A stretch of DNA of 32,000 nucleotides. Source: Dickeya solani IPO 2222. GTDB lineage: Bacteria; Pseudomonadota; Gammaproteobacteria; Enterobacterales; Enterobacteriaceae. Under the pieces are notes generated by a model, which saw only the letters and a program-made list of their open reading frames with translations, was not told the DNA's origin and did not search any database. The position numbers and the translations under genes are program-made. The stretch is from contig NZ_CP015137.1 of NCBI RefSeq assembly GCF_001644705.1, forward strand, positions 3,120,001 to 3,152,000. Reading direction: 5' to 3'. Below are positions 17,401 through 25,910 of this stretch, piece by piece (position 1 is the first letter of the stretch; every line of letters begins with the position of its first letter).

Positions 17401-20400
17401 CGGCCGCCAACTACAACGGCAGCGACACCATCAGCTATACCGTCAGCGACGGCCACGGCGGCACCGCGACGGCCACGGTGGCGGTGACTATCACGCCGGT
17501 CAATGACGAGCCGGTGGCGGCTAATGATACGGCGACCACCGCGGAAGACACGCCGGTGACGGTGAATGTGCTGGCTAACGACAGCGACGTGGACGGCGAC
17601 AGCCTGACGGTGACCGCCGCCAGCGCCGGGCATGGCACGGTAGTCATTAACGCCAACGGCACGCTGACCTATACCCCGGCCGCCAACTACAACGGCAGCG
17701 ACACCATCAGCTATACCGTCAGCGACGGTGCCGGCGGCGTGGCGACAGGAATGCTGACCATCACGGTTACCGCTGTGAATGATGCACCGGTAACCGGGGC
17801 GGATATGGCAGCGACCAGTCAAAATACCCCAGTGACGGTCAATGTGCTGGCGAATGACAGCGATGTGGACGGCGATACGCTGACGGTGACCGCCGCCAGC
17901 GCCGGACATGGCACGGTGGTGATCAATGCTGACGGTACCCTGACCTATACGCCCAACACGAATTACAGCGGTAGCGATACGGTAACTTATACCGTCAGCG
18001 ATGGCGCTGGCGGTATAGCCCAGGGGACATTAACGGTGACAATCGCGCCGGTGAATAGTGCTCCTTCGGCAAACCCAGACAGCGCAAGTACATTGGAAGA
18101 TACGCCGGTGACGGTGGATGTGTTGGCAAATGATACCAGTGCAAACGGCTCGCCTTTGACAATACAAGGGGCTGTTGCAGGTAACGGGACTGTAGTCATC
18201 AATTCAGACGGTACGCTGACCTATACCCCCAACGCCAATTTTAACGGCACCGACACGGTAACCTATACCGTCAGCAATAGTCAGGGAGGATTGGCTACGG
18301 GGACGCTGACCATCACGGTGACCGCCGTCAATGATGCCCCAGTGGCGGGCGCTGATAGCGCCACCACAGCGGAAGACACCCCGGTGACGGTGGACGTGCT
18401 GGCCAACGATACCGATGTGGACGGCAACCCGCTGACGGTGACTGCCGCGACGGCCGGACACGGCACGGTGGTGATCAACCCGGACGGCACGCTTACCTAT
18501 ACCCCCAATGCCGACTTTAACGGCACCGACACCGTGACCTACACCGTCAGCGACGGCGCCGGCGGGGTGGCAACCGGCACGCTGACCATTACCGTGACCG
18601 CCGTCAATGACGCACCGGTGGCCGGTAATGACAGCGCCACTACCGCGGAAGACACCCCGGTGACGGTGGACGTGCTGGCGAACGACAGCGATGTGGACGG
18701 CAATCCGCTGACCGTCACCGCGGCGACGGCCGGCAACGGCTCGGTGGTGATTAACCCGGACGGCACACTCACCTACACCCCCAATGCCAATTTTAACGGC
18801 ACCGACACCGTGACCTACACCGTCAGTGACGGCGCGGGCGGGGTAGCGACCGGGACGCTGACTATCACGGTGACCGCCGTCAATGACGCACCGGTGGCGG
18901 GCGCGGATACCGCCACTACCGCGGAAGACACCCCGGTGACGGTGGACGTGCTGGCGAACGACAGCGATGTGGATGGCAATCCGTTAATCGTGACCGCGGC
19001 GACGGCGGGTAATGGCACGGTGGTGATTAACCTGGATGGCACGCTGACTTACACGCCCAACGCCAACTTTAACGGCACCGATACCGTGACCTATACGGTC
19101 AGCGACGGTGCGGGTGGGGTGGCAACCGGCACGCTGACCATTACCGTCACTGCGGTGAATGACGCGCCGGTCACCGGTAACGACAGCGCCACCACCGCGG
19201 AAGACACCCCGGTCACCGTCGACGTGCTGGCGAATGATTCTGATGTGGACGGCAATCCGCTGACGGTGACTGCCGCGACGGCCGGACACGGCACGGTGGT
19301 GATCAACCCGGACGGCACACTCACCTATACCCCCAATGCCAATTTTAACGGTACCGACACCGTGACCTACACCGTCAGTGACGGCGCCGGCGGGGTGGCG
19401 ACTGGTACCCTGACCATTACCGTGACGGCAGTGAACGATGCACCGGTCAACGGTAACGACAGCGCCACTACCGCCGAGGACACGCCGGTAACGGTGGATG
19501 TGCTGGCCAACGATACCGATGTGGACGGCAATCCGCTGACGGTGACTGCCGCGACGGCCGGACACGGCACGGTGGTGATCAACCCGGACGGCACGCTGAC
19601 CTACACGCCCAACGCCAACTTTAACGGTACCGATACGGTGACCTATACGGTCAGCGACGGCGCCGGCGGGGTGGCAACCGGCACCCTGACCATTACCGTG
19701 ACCGCCGTCAATGACGCGCCGGTCACCGGTAACGACAGCGCCACCACCGCGGAAGACACCCCGGTCACCGTCGACGTGCTGGCGAATGATTCTGATGTGG
19801 ACGGCAATCCGCTGACGGTGACTGCCGCGACGGCCGGACACGGCACGGTGGTGATTAACCCGGACGGCACACTCACCTACACCCCCAATGCCGACTTTAA
19901 CGGCACCGACACCGTGACCTACACCGTCAGCGACGGCGCTGGCGGGGTAGTGACCGGGACGCTGACTATCACGGTGACCGCGGTCAATGACACGCCGGTG
20001 GCCGGTAACGATAGCGCCACTACCGCCGAGGACACCCCGGTGACGGTGGACGTGCTGGCGAACGACAGCGATGTGGACGGCAATCCGCTGACCGTCACCG
20101 CGGCGACGGCCGGCAACGGCTCGGTGGTGATCAATGCCGACGGCACACTCACCTATACCCCCAACGCCAACTTTAACGGTACCGATACGGTGACCTACAC
20201 TGTCAGTGACGGCGCCGGCGGGGTGGCGACCGGGACGCTGACTATCACGGTGACCGCCGTCAATGATGCACCGGTGGCCGGTAACGACAGCGCCACCACC
20301 GCCGAGGACACGCCGGTAACGGTGGATGTGCTGGCCAACGATACCGATGTGGACGGCAACCCGCTGACGGTGACTGCCGCGACGGCCGGCAACGGCTCGG

Positions 20401-23400
20401 TGGTGATCAACGCCGACGGCACACTCACCTACACCCCCAACGCCAACTTTAACGGTACCGACACCGTGACCTACACCGTCAGCGACGGCGCCGGCGGGGT
20501 GGCAACCGGTACGCTGACCATCACGGTGACCGCGGTGAATGATGCACCGGTGGCCGGCGCGGATACCGCCACCACCGCGGAAGATACGCCGGTGACGGTG
20601 GATGTGCTGGCCAACGATACCGATGTGGACGGCAATCCGCTGACGGTGACTGCCGCGACGGCCGGACACGGCTCGGTGGTGATCAACCCGGACGGCACAC
20701 TCACCTATACCCCCAATGCCAATTTTAACGGTACCGACACCGTGACCTACACCGTCAGTGACGGTGCGGGTGGGGTGGCAACCGGTACCCTGACCATTAC
20801 CGTGACGGCAGTGAACGATGCACCGGTCACCGGTAACGACAGCGCCACTACCGCCGAGGACACGCCGGTAACGGTGGATGTGCTGGCCAACGATACCGAT
20901 GTGGACGGCAATCCGCTGACGGTGACTGCCGCGACGGCCGGACACGGCACGGTGGTGATCAACCCGGACGGCACGCTGATCTACTCGCCCAACGCCAACT
21001 TTAACGGTACCGACACCGTGACCTATACCGTCAGCGACGGTGCGGGTGGGATGGCAACCGGCACGCTGACCATTACCGTGACCGCCGTCAATGACGCACC
21101 GGTGGCGGGCAGCGACTCGGCGACCACGGCGGAAGACACGCCGGTCACCGTCGACGTGCTGGCAAATGATTCTGATGTGGACGGCAATCCGCTGACGGTG
21201 ACCGCCGCGACGGCGGGTAATGGCTCGGTGGTGATCAACGCCGACGGCACGCTGACTTACACGCCCAACGCCAACTTTAACGGCACCGATACCGTGACCT
21301 ATACGGTCAGCGACGGTGCGGGTGGGGTGGCAACGGGCACGCTGACCATTACCGTCACGGCGGTGAATGACGCGCCGGTCACCGGTAACGACAGCGCCAC
21401 CACCGCGGAAGATACGCCGGTCACCGTTGATGTTCTGGCGAACGACAGCGATGTGGACGGCAATCCGCTGACCGTCACCGCCGCGACGGCGGGTAACGGA
21501 TCGGTGGTGATCAACGCCGACGGCACGCTGACCTATATCCCCAATGCCAACTTTAACGGCACCGACACCGTGACCTACACCGTCAGTGACGGCGCGGGTG
21601 GGGTGGCGACCGGTACCCTGACCATTACCGTCACGGCAGTGAACGATGCACCGGTCACCGGTAACGACAGCGCCACTACGGCCGAAGATACCCCGGTCAC
21701 CGTCGATGTGCTGGCGAATGATGCTGATGTGGACGGCAACCCGCTGACGGTCACCGCCGCGACGGCCGGCAACGGCACGGTGGTGATCAATGCCGACGGC
21801 ACACTCACCTACACCCCCAATGCCGACTTTAACGGCACCGACACCGTGACCTACACCGTCAGTGACGGCGCGGGCGGGGTGGCAACCGGTACGCTGACCA
21901 TTACCGTGACGGCCGTCAATGACGCACCGGTGGCCGGCGCGGATACCGCCACTACCGCGGAAGATACACCAGTGACGGTGGACGTGCTGGCGAACGACAG
22001 CGATGTGGACGGCAATCCGCTGACGGTGACTGCCGCGACGGCCGGCAACGGCTCGGTGGTGATTAACCCGGACGGCACGCTGACCTACTCGCCCAACGCT
22101 AACTTTAACGGCACCGACACCGTGACCTACACCGTCAGCGACGGTGCCGGCGGGGTGGCTACGGGCACGCTGACCATTACCGTGACGGCAGTCAATGACG
22201 CACCGGTGGCCGGTGCGGATAGCGCCACTACGGCCGAAGATACGCCGGTCACCGTCGACGTGCTGGCCAACGACAGCGATGTGGACGGCAACCCGCTGAC
22301 GGTGACCGCGGCGACGGCCGGCAACGGGTCGGTGGTAATTAACCCGGACGGCACGCTGACCTATACCCCCAATGCCGACTTTAACGGCACCGACACCGTG
22401 ACCTACACCGTCAGCGACGGCACCGGCGGAGTGGCAACCGGGACGCTGACCATTACCGTGACCGCCGTCAATGACGCGCCCGTCACCGGTAACGACAGCG
22501 CCACTACCGCCGAGGACACGCCGGTCACTGTCGATGTGCTGGCCAACGATACGGATGTGGACGGCAACCCGCTGACCGTCACCGCGGCCACCGCCGGTAA
22601 CGGCACGGTGGTGATTAACCCGGACGGCACGCTGACCTACACCCCCAACGCCAACTTTAACGGCACCGACACCGTGACCTATACGGTCAGCGACGGTTCG
22701 GGTGGGGTGGCAACCGGCACGCTGACCATTACCGTGACCGCCGTCAATGACGCACCGGTGGCGGGCAGCGACTCGGCGACCACGGCGGAAGACACGCCGG
22801 TCACCGTCGATGTGCTGGCCAACGACAGCGATGTGGACGGCAATCCGTTAATCGTGACCGCCGCGACGGCCGGCAACGGGTCGGTGGTGATCAACGCCGA
22901 CGGCACGCTGACCTACACCCCCAATGCCAACTTTAACGGCACCGACACCGTGACCTACACCGTCAGTGACGGCGCCGGCGGGGTGGCAACGGGCACGCTG
23001 ACCATTACCGTGACGGCAGTGAACGATGCACCGGTCACCGGTAACGACAGCGCCACTACGGCCGAAGATACGCCGGTCACCGTCGATGTGCTGGCGAACG
23101 ATACCGATGTGGACGGCAACCCGCTGACCGTCACCGCGGCGACGGCCGGCAACGGGTCGGTGGTAATTAACCCGGACGGCACGCTGACCTACACCCCCAA
23201 CGCCAACTTTAACGGCACCGATACGGTGACCTACACCGTCAGCGACGGCGCGGGCGGGGTGGCAACCGGCACGCTGACCATCACGGTGACGGCGGTGAAT
23301 GATGCGCCGGTGTCCGGTAATGATAGCGCCACCACACTGGAAGATACCCCGGTCACCGTCGATGTACTGGCGAATGATACTGATGTGGACGGCAACCCGC

Positions 23401-24371
23401 TGACTATTACCGCCGCTACCGCCGGCAATGGCTCGGTGGTGATCAACGTCGATGGCACCCTGACCTATACCCCCAACGCCAACTTTAACGGCACCGACAC
23501 CGTGACCTATACCGTCAGCGACGGCGCGGGCGGTGTGGCGACCGGTACCCTGACCATTACCGTGACGGCGGTCAACGACGCGCCTGAGGTGATCGGTGAG
23601 ATAACGTTAAATACGTCAATGAATACCCCGGTATCGGTCAATGTGCTGGATAACAGCCGCGATGTGGACGGCGATCCGCTGACGGTTACGTCGATATCGG
23701 TCACCAACGGCAGAGTGCTGTTTAACGCCGGCGGCATGATGACCTACATACCCAACCCCGGTTTTAGCGGGACGGATGTGGTCAGTTACACCCTCAGCGA
23801 CCCACAGGGCAGTACGGTGCGTGGCACGCTGACGGTAGTGGTCAGCGCGTTACCGGGAACGGACGGTAATACGGCAGGCGGCGGGACCGGGCAGATGAAC
23901 CCTGTGTCGTCGCCGGATAATGCCGGCTTGCCGCTCACACCAGGACGCATGAGCGTGGAAATGGAGGCTAAGGAGTATGACCCGATATTGCTGGACGCCG
24001 TGAATGCGATCAAAGGATTGGGCGGCAGTGCGCAACTGCTCGGCAATCAGCCGGGCAACGAGGCTATCGCTGGCGTGAAGTCGCTGGGTACCAGCAGCGG
24101 GCTTGATCCGTCAAAGGGGAGCATTAATCAGATCGTCCGTGATTTTGAGCCAACCAGGACATTTGAGTTTTTGAATGATGCGCAGAATCAGCCCGTAACC
24201 AACCCGGCAGCACTCGCTGAAGGTGTACCCATCGGGCCTGAAACCGCACAAAACAATAACACGACGATACCCGCGCAGGATGAACCCGCTGTCACTGTTG
24301 AACAGCAATTGCAGACCATTGCGATGCGTGAGCAGCAAGCATTGAGGGATCTTATCCGTGCGTTGAGTTAA
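14445..24371 (+). CDS. Giant (3308 aa) DUF4347-like N-domain / tandem cadherin- or Ig-like repeat surface protein (putative adhesin)
   Basis: Single uninterrupted 9927-nt ORF. The N-terminus has ...MVLERRLMFDAAAVATADQ, then a DUF4347-like block (VFFIDGALPN...VYILDSNQDGLNQIADIL...VDAIHIISHGDSGQIELG...LIYGCNVG). About 30 modules of roughly 90 aa follow, carrying VNDAPVA..DTPVTV.VLAND.DVDG..LTV......G.V.IN.DGTLTYTP...(Y/F)NG.DT..YTVSDG. A 172-aa non-repeat tail closes the protein. The start is uncertain: 14445, or the ATGs at 14508/14514. Confidence 0.9.
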   Translation: MDILPVGAGAVACFSNLSISVMLMAQQRTLYNATRMVLERRLMFDAAAVATADQVANDQPDGASHDGSADSATPEHTNTDLIQAISQIETPPARVEVFFIDGALPNKDALVSQLPANASVYILDSNQDGLNQIADILSNYKNVDAIHIISHGDSGQIELGNSLVSAENIDSYQTILEQINLSLNSSADVLIYGCNVGDEAGQQLLSALSSSLDSDVAASSDITGVDGNWVLESHVGSIETESINPTGWHANLLLGINTAPTAVVDVALVSQNSSTIINVTANDIDLEGDAIKVTGASALFGKVTINTDNTLTYTPNNGYFGVDTITYTIADSKGLSALLPGTVAVTVNSLPTLSLPVLVNLFNEDTPIVFANILGTKISIGDLDGSIARISLSVPLGSLTLSQTANLSFSQGDGINDSNITMQGNIADINAALNGLIYTPDADYNGPVTITIGLTDTLLAIPITASLPIGIAPVADIVSDSVITNVSSPVSFNVMANDTFENINARVTSYSTPSHGTVVIDSTGNAVYTPNSGYLGNDSFTYTVTSNGTTETTTVTIHINTPPVANPDSATTPEDTSVTVNVLANDTDADGNTLTVTSASAGHGTVVINANGTLTYTPAANYNGSDTITYKISDGLGASATGTVTVTITPVNDAPVAVNDTATTAEDTPVTVNVLANDSDVDGDTLTVTAASAGHGTVVINANGTLTYTPAANYNGSDTISYTVSDGQGGTSTAIVAVTVTPVNDAPVAANDTATTLEDTPVTVNVLANDSDVDGDSLTVTAATAGHGTVVINANGTLTYTPAANYNGSDTISYTVSDGHGGTATATVTVSITPVNDAPVAVNDTATTLEDTPVTVNVLANDSDVDGDSLTVTAASAGHGTVVINANGTLTYTPAANYNGSDTISYTVSDGQGSTATATVTMSITPVNDAPVAANDTATTAEDTPVTVNVLANDTDVDGDSLTVTAASAGHGTVVINANGTLTYTPAANYNGSDTISYTVSDGHGGTATATVAVTITPVNDEPVAANDTATTAEDTPVTVNVLANDSDVDGDSLTVTAASAGHGTVVINANGTLTYTPAANYNGSDTISYTVSDGAGGVATGMLTITVTAVNDAPVTGADMAATSQNTPVTVNVLANDSDVDGDTLTVTAASAGHGTVVINADGTLTYTPNTNYSGSDTVTYTVSDGAGGIAQGTLTVTIAPVNSAPSANPDSASTLEDTPVTVDVLANDTSANGSPLTIQGAVAGNGTVVINSDGTLTYTPNANFNGTDTVTYTVSNSQGGLATGTLTITVTAVNDAPVAGADSATTAEDTPVTVDVLANDTDVDGNPLTVTAATAGHGTVVINPDGTLTYTPNADFNGTDTVTYTVSDGAGGVATGTLTITVTAVNDAPVAGNDSATTAEDTPVTVDVLANDSDVDGNPLTVTAATAGNGSVVINPDGTLTYTPNANFNGTDTVTYTVSDGAGGVATGTLTITVTAVNDAPVAGADTATTAEDTPVTVDVLANDSDVDGNPLIVTAATAGNGTVVINLDGTLTYTPNANFNGTDTVTYTVSDGAGGVATGTLTITVTAVNDAPVTGNDSATTAEDTPVTVDVLANDSDVDGNPLTVTAATAGHGTVVINPDGTLTYTPNANFNGTDTVTYTVSDGAGGVATGTLTITVTAVNDAPVNGNDSATTAEDTPVTVDVLANDTDVDGNPLTVTAATAGHGTVVINPDGTLTYTPNANFNGTDTVTYTVSDGAGGVATGTLTITVTAVNDAPVTGNDSATTAEDTPVTVDVLANDSDVDGNPLTVTAATAGHGTVVINPDGTLTYTPNADFNGTDTVTYTVSDGAGGVVTGTLTITVTAVNDTPVAGNDSATTAEDTPVTVDVLANDSDVDGNPLTVTAATAGNGSVVINADGTLTYTPNANFNGTDTVTYTVSDGAGGVATGTLTITVTAVNDAPVAGNDSATTAEDTPVTVDVLANDTDVDGNPLTVTAATAGNGSVVINADGTLTYTPNANFNGTDTVTYTVSDGAGGVATGTLTITVTAVNDAPVAGADTATTAEDTPVTVDVLANDTDVDGNPLTVTAATAGHGSVVINPDGTLTYTPNANFNGTDTVTYTVSDGAGGVATGTLTITVTAVNDAPVTGNDSATTAEDTPVTVDVLANDTDVDGNPLTVTAATAGHGTVVINPDGTLIYSPNANFNGTDTVTYTVSDGAGGMATGTLTITVTAVNDAPVAGSDSATTAEDTPVTVDVLANDSDVDGNPLTVTAATAGNGSVVINADGTLTYTPNANFNGTDTVTYTVSDGAGGVATGTLTITVTAVNDAPVTGNDSATTAEDTPVTVDVLANDSDVDGNPLTVTAATAGNGSVVINADGTLTYIPNANFNGTDTVTYTVSDGAGGVATGTLTITVTAVNDAPVTGNDSATTAEDTPVTVDVLANDADVDGNPLTVTAATAGNGTVVINADGTLTYTPNADFNGTDTVTYTVSDGAGGVATGTLTITVTAVNDAPVAGADTATTAEDTPVTVDVLANDSDVDGNPLTVTAATAGNGSVVINPDGTLTYSPNANFNGTDTVTYTVSDGAGGVATGTLTITVTAVNDAPVAGADSATTAEDTPVTVDVLANDSDVDGNPLTVTAATAGNGSVVINPDGTLTYTPNADFNGTDTVTYTVSDGTGGVATGTLTITVTAVNDAPVTGNDSATTAEDTPVTVDVLANDTDVDGNPLTVTAATAGNGTVVINPDGTLTYTPNANFNGTDTVTYTVSDGSGGVATGTLTITVTAVNDAPVAGSDSATTAEDTPVTVDVLANDSDVDGNPLIVTAATAGNGSVVINADGTLTYTPNANFNGTDTVTYTVSDGAGGVATGTLTITVTAVNDAPVTGNDSATTAEDTPVTVDVLANDTDVDGNPLTVTAATAGNGSVVINPDGTLTYTPNANFNGTDTVTYTVSDGAGGVATGTLTITVTAVNDAPVSGNDSATTLEDTPVTVDVLANDTDVDGNPLTITAATAGNGSVVINVDGTLTYTPNANFNGTDTVTYTVSDGAGGVATGTLTITVTAVNDAPEVIGEITLNTSMNTPVSVNVLDNSRDVDGDPLTVTSISVTNGRVLFNAGGMMTYIPNPGFSGTDVVSYTLSDPQGSTVRGTLTVVVSALPGTDGNTAGGGTGQMNPVSSPDNAGLPLTPGRMSVEMEAKEYDPILLDAVNAIKGLGGSAQLLGNQPGNEAIAGVKSLGTSSGLDPSKGSINQIVRDFEPTRTFEFLNDAQNQPVTNPAALAEGVPIGPETAQNNNTTIPAQDEPAVTVEQQLQTIAMREQQALRDLIRALS
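14727..15155 (+). other. DUF4347-like N-terminal domain of the giant protein (domain-level annotation)
   Basis: aa 95-237: VEVFFIDGALPNKDALVSQLPANASVYILDSNQDGLNQIADILSNYKNVDAIHIISHGDSGQIELGNS...SADVLIYGCNVGDEAGQQLLSALSSSLDSDVAASSDITG. This matches my recollection of the domain that heads many giant repeat proteins. The coding DNA here is visibly more AT-rich than the repeats. Confidence 0.6.
16128..18335 (+). repeat. Tandem 276-bp (92-aa) coding repeats, units 1-8 (type A plus transitional units)
   Basis: Units start at 16128+276(n-1). Units 2-6 are type A (..VNVLANDSDVDGDSLTVTAASAGHGTVVINANGTLTYTPAANYNGSDTISYTVSDG..). Unit 6 ends with the type-B tail AGGVATGMLTITVTAVND. Units 1, 7 and 8 are divergent or chimeric. 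Degenerate related modules lie upstream at 15219-15491 and 15858-16127. Confidence 0.9.
18336..23579 (+). repeat. Tandem 276-bp (92-aa) coding repeats, units 9-27 (19 near-identical type-B units)
   Basis: Consensus APV(A/T)G(N/A)DSATTAEDTPVTVDVLAND(S/T)DVDGNPLTVTAATAG(N/H)G(S/T)VVIN(P/A)DGTLTYTPNA(N/D)FNGTDTVTYTVSDGAGGVATGTLTITVTAVND. The exact 276-nt register is also visible as periodic 75-77-aa antisense ORFs every 276 nt in the ORF track. A divergent 28th unit lies at 23580-23846. Confidence 0.92.
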
Positions 24372-24383
24372 TGGAATGTCACA

Positions 24384-25910
24384 ATGCCTGATTTTATCAA
24401 ACAGTCTGTTTTGGCGTCTTTTGCTGTCTGGGGAGTGGTGATGATGACCGGGTGTGCGGTGACGTCACCACCGATTGATACCGATAAACAAACCTGGGGC
24501 GCGTATGACCGCATCAATGAGATCGTATCCCGGGATGAAGCGGTTGCAGGGCCGATTTCGTTGTATGAGGCGATGGCGCGGGCGCTGAAATACAACCTCG
24601 ACCAAAAAATCGAACTGATGGATGAGGAGTACAAAAGCAAACTCAGCGAGCTGGGAAGGCTTGGCATGTTTCCGTCGGTGGTGGCATCGGTGGGCGGTAG
24701 TCAGCGCAACAATGACTCCGGCTCCAGCAGCCGTTCATTGATCGACGGTAGCCAGTCGTTGCAGTCTTCGACATCGTCGGAACGGCGTACCTATACCGCT
24801 CAGCTGGCGGCCAGTTGGGATATTCTGGATTTTGGCCTGTCCTATATTCAGAACAAACAGAATGTGGACGAGCAATATATCTCCCAGGAGCGGCGGCGCA
24901 AGGTCATCAGCCGTATTCTGGAGGATGTGCGTACGGCTTACTGGCGGGCGGTCAGCGCCGACCGTACCCATGAAAAACTGATCAAGCTGGAGGCGCTGGC
25001 GCAGAAAACCCTGTTCCAGTCCGAACAACTGGCGAAACGGCGCAACGTGTCGCCGCTAAAGGTGCTGAATTATCAGCATGACCTGCTGGAAATTCAGGCG
25101 AATGTGCAGCGCATGCAGCGCGAATTGTTTTTTGCCAAAAAGCAGCTGGCGGCGCTGATTAACCTGAAACCTGAAACACCATTCAAACTGGTTCTGCCGG
25201 ACCGGACCGCCGTCGTGCCGGAATTGCCCGGTTCGGCGGAACAGATGATATTGATCGGGTTGAAATATCGCTCCGAATTGCGTGAATCCAGTTATCGAAA
25301 ACGAATCAATGACAATGAATTGACGAAACAATGGGTTCGCAATTTGCCGTCATTTAAAACGTTATTGGGCATGAATTACGACACCAATAAATATCTCTAT
25401 AACAATGAATGGACGAATCTCTCCGGCACGGTCAGCTGGAATCTGATGAATGTGTTCAGTTATCCGATGCAGCATAAAGTGGTGCAGGCCGAGGCTAAAG
25501 TGATTCAGGCGCGTGAGGATGCGCTGATAATGGCTATTCTTACGCAAATCTATGTTGCCAGGGCGCGTTTTATCCGTCTTTCTCAGGAATTAAATACGGT
25601 GCGCCAGAGTCATGAGGTTCAGGACAATATATTGGAACTGACCCGTGCCGGCTTTCAGGGAAAAATCATTAGTCAGATGGATCTGGTACAGGTTGAGATG
25701 AAAACCATTCTGGACGAGGTGCGTTATGACACCGCCTATGCCGATTTGCAAAATGCTTATGCCAATCTGTATGCCTCAATGGGGATCGATAATTTTGATT
25801 CTGACATTACTGAAAAGGATTCCGTCTCCAGTATCGCGAAAAAACTCCAGTTTTATTGGACGGAAGAAATTACCACCTTACCGGAAGTATCAAGGCGGGA
25901 AAATCCATGA
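24384..25910 (+). CDS. TolC/OEP-family outer-membrane factor, probable lipoprotein
   Basis: Lipobox-like VVMMTG|C. The OEP-type start is ISLYEAMARALKYNLDQKIE. Two long coiled-coil/beta repeats are present (..VRTAYWRAVSA..., ..ILTQIYVARARFIRLSQEL...YDTAYADLQNAYANLYASMG). It starts 12 nt after the giant gene's stop. Confidence 0.85.
   Translation: MPDFIKQSVLASFAVWGVVMMTGCAVTSPPIDTDKQTWGAYDRINEIVSRDEAVAGPISLYEAMARALKYNLDQKIELMDEEYKSKLSELGRLGMFPSVVASVGGSQRNNDSGSSSRSLIDGSQSLQSSTSSERRTYTAQLAASWDILDFGLSYIQNKQNVDEQYISQERRRKVISRILEDVRTAYWRAVSADRTHEKLIKLEALAQKTLFQSEQLAKRRNVSPLKVLNYQHDLLEIQANVQRMQRELFFAKKQLAALINLKPETPFKLVLPDRTAVVPELPGSAEQMILIGLKYRSELRESSYRKRINDNELTKQWVRNLPSFKTLLGMNYDTNKYLYNNEWTNLSGTVSWNLMNVFSYPMQHKVVQAEAKVIQAREDALIMAILTQIYVARARFIRLSQELNTVRQSHEVQDNILELTRAGFQGKIISQMDLVQVEMKTILDEVRYDTAYADLQNAYANLYASMGIDNFDSDITEKDSVSSIAKKLQFYWTEEITTLPEVSRRENP

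Noticed and set aside
15984-20945. Very long antisense ORFs (641 aa at 15984-17909; 653 aa at 18984-20945) opposite the giant gene
   Set aside because: The products are Arg/Gly/His-rich low-complexity strings (..GRRGSHRQRIAVHIGIVGQHIHR..) repeating every 276 nt. They arise because the sense strand uses GC-rich codons that lack antisense stops. The sense frame has clear domain logic and spans the whole 9.9 kb.
16128-23579. Considered whether the regular repeat array could be a CRISPR or other non-coding array
   Set aside because: The units are 276 bp, contiguous with no unique spacers, and keep one reading frame with conserved protein motifs. It is a coding tandem repeat.
16067-23737. Series of 75-77-aa minus-strand ORFs spaced exactly 276 nt apart (MPSGLITTVPCPAVAAVTVSGLPSTS...)
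   Set aside because: They mirror the coding repeat in another antisense frame. Their regular spacing reflects the tandem repeat, not independent genes.
23580-24371. Looked for RTX nonapeptides (GGxGxDxUx) and a LapA-like N-terminal retention/LapG dialanine site, to class the giant protein as a canonical T1SS adhesin
   Set aside because: No glycine-rich nonapeptide block occurs before the C-terminus. The N-terminal AAAV stretch does not resemble the TAAG-type LapG site. No lapG/lapD-like or ABC gene is nearby, so the canonical T1SS adhesin label is not supported.
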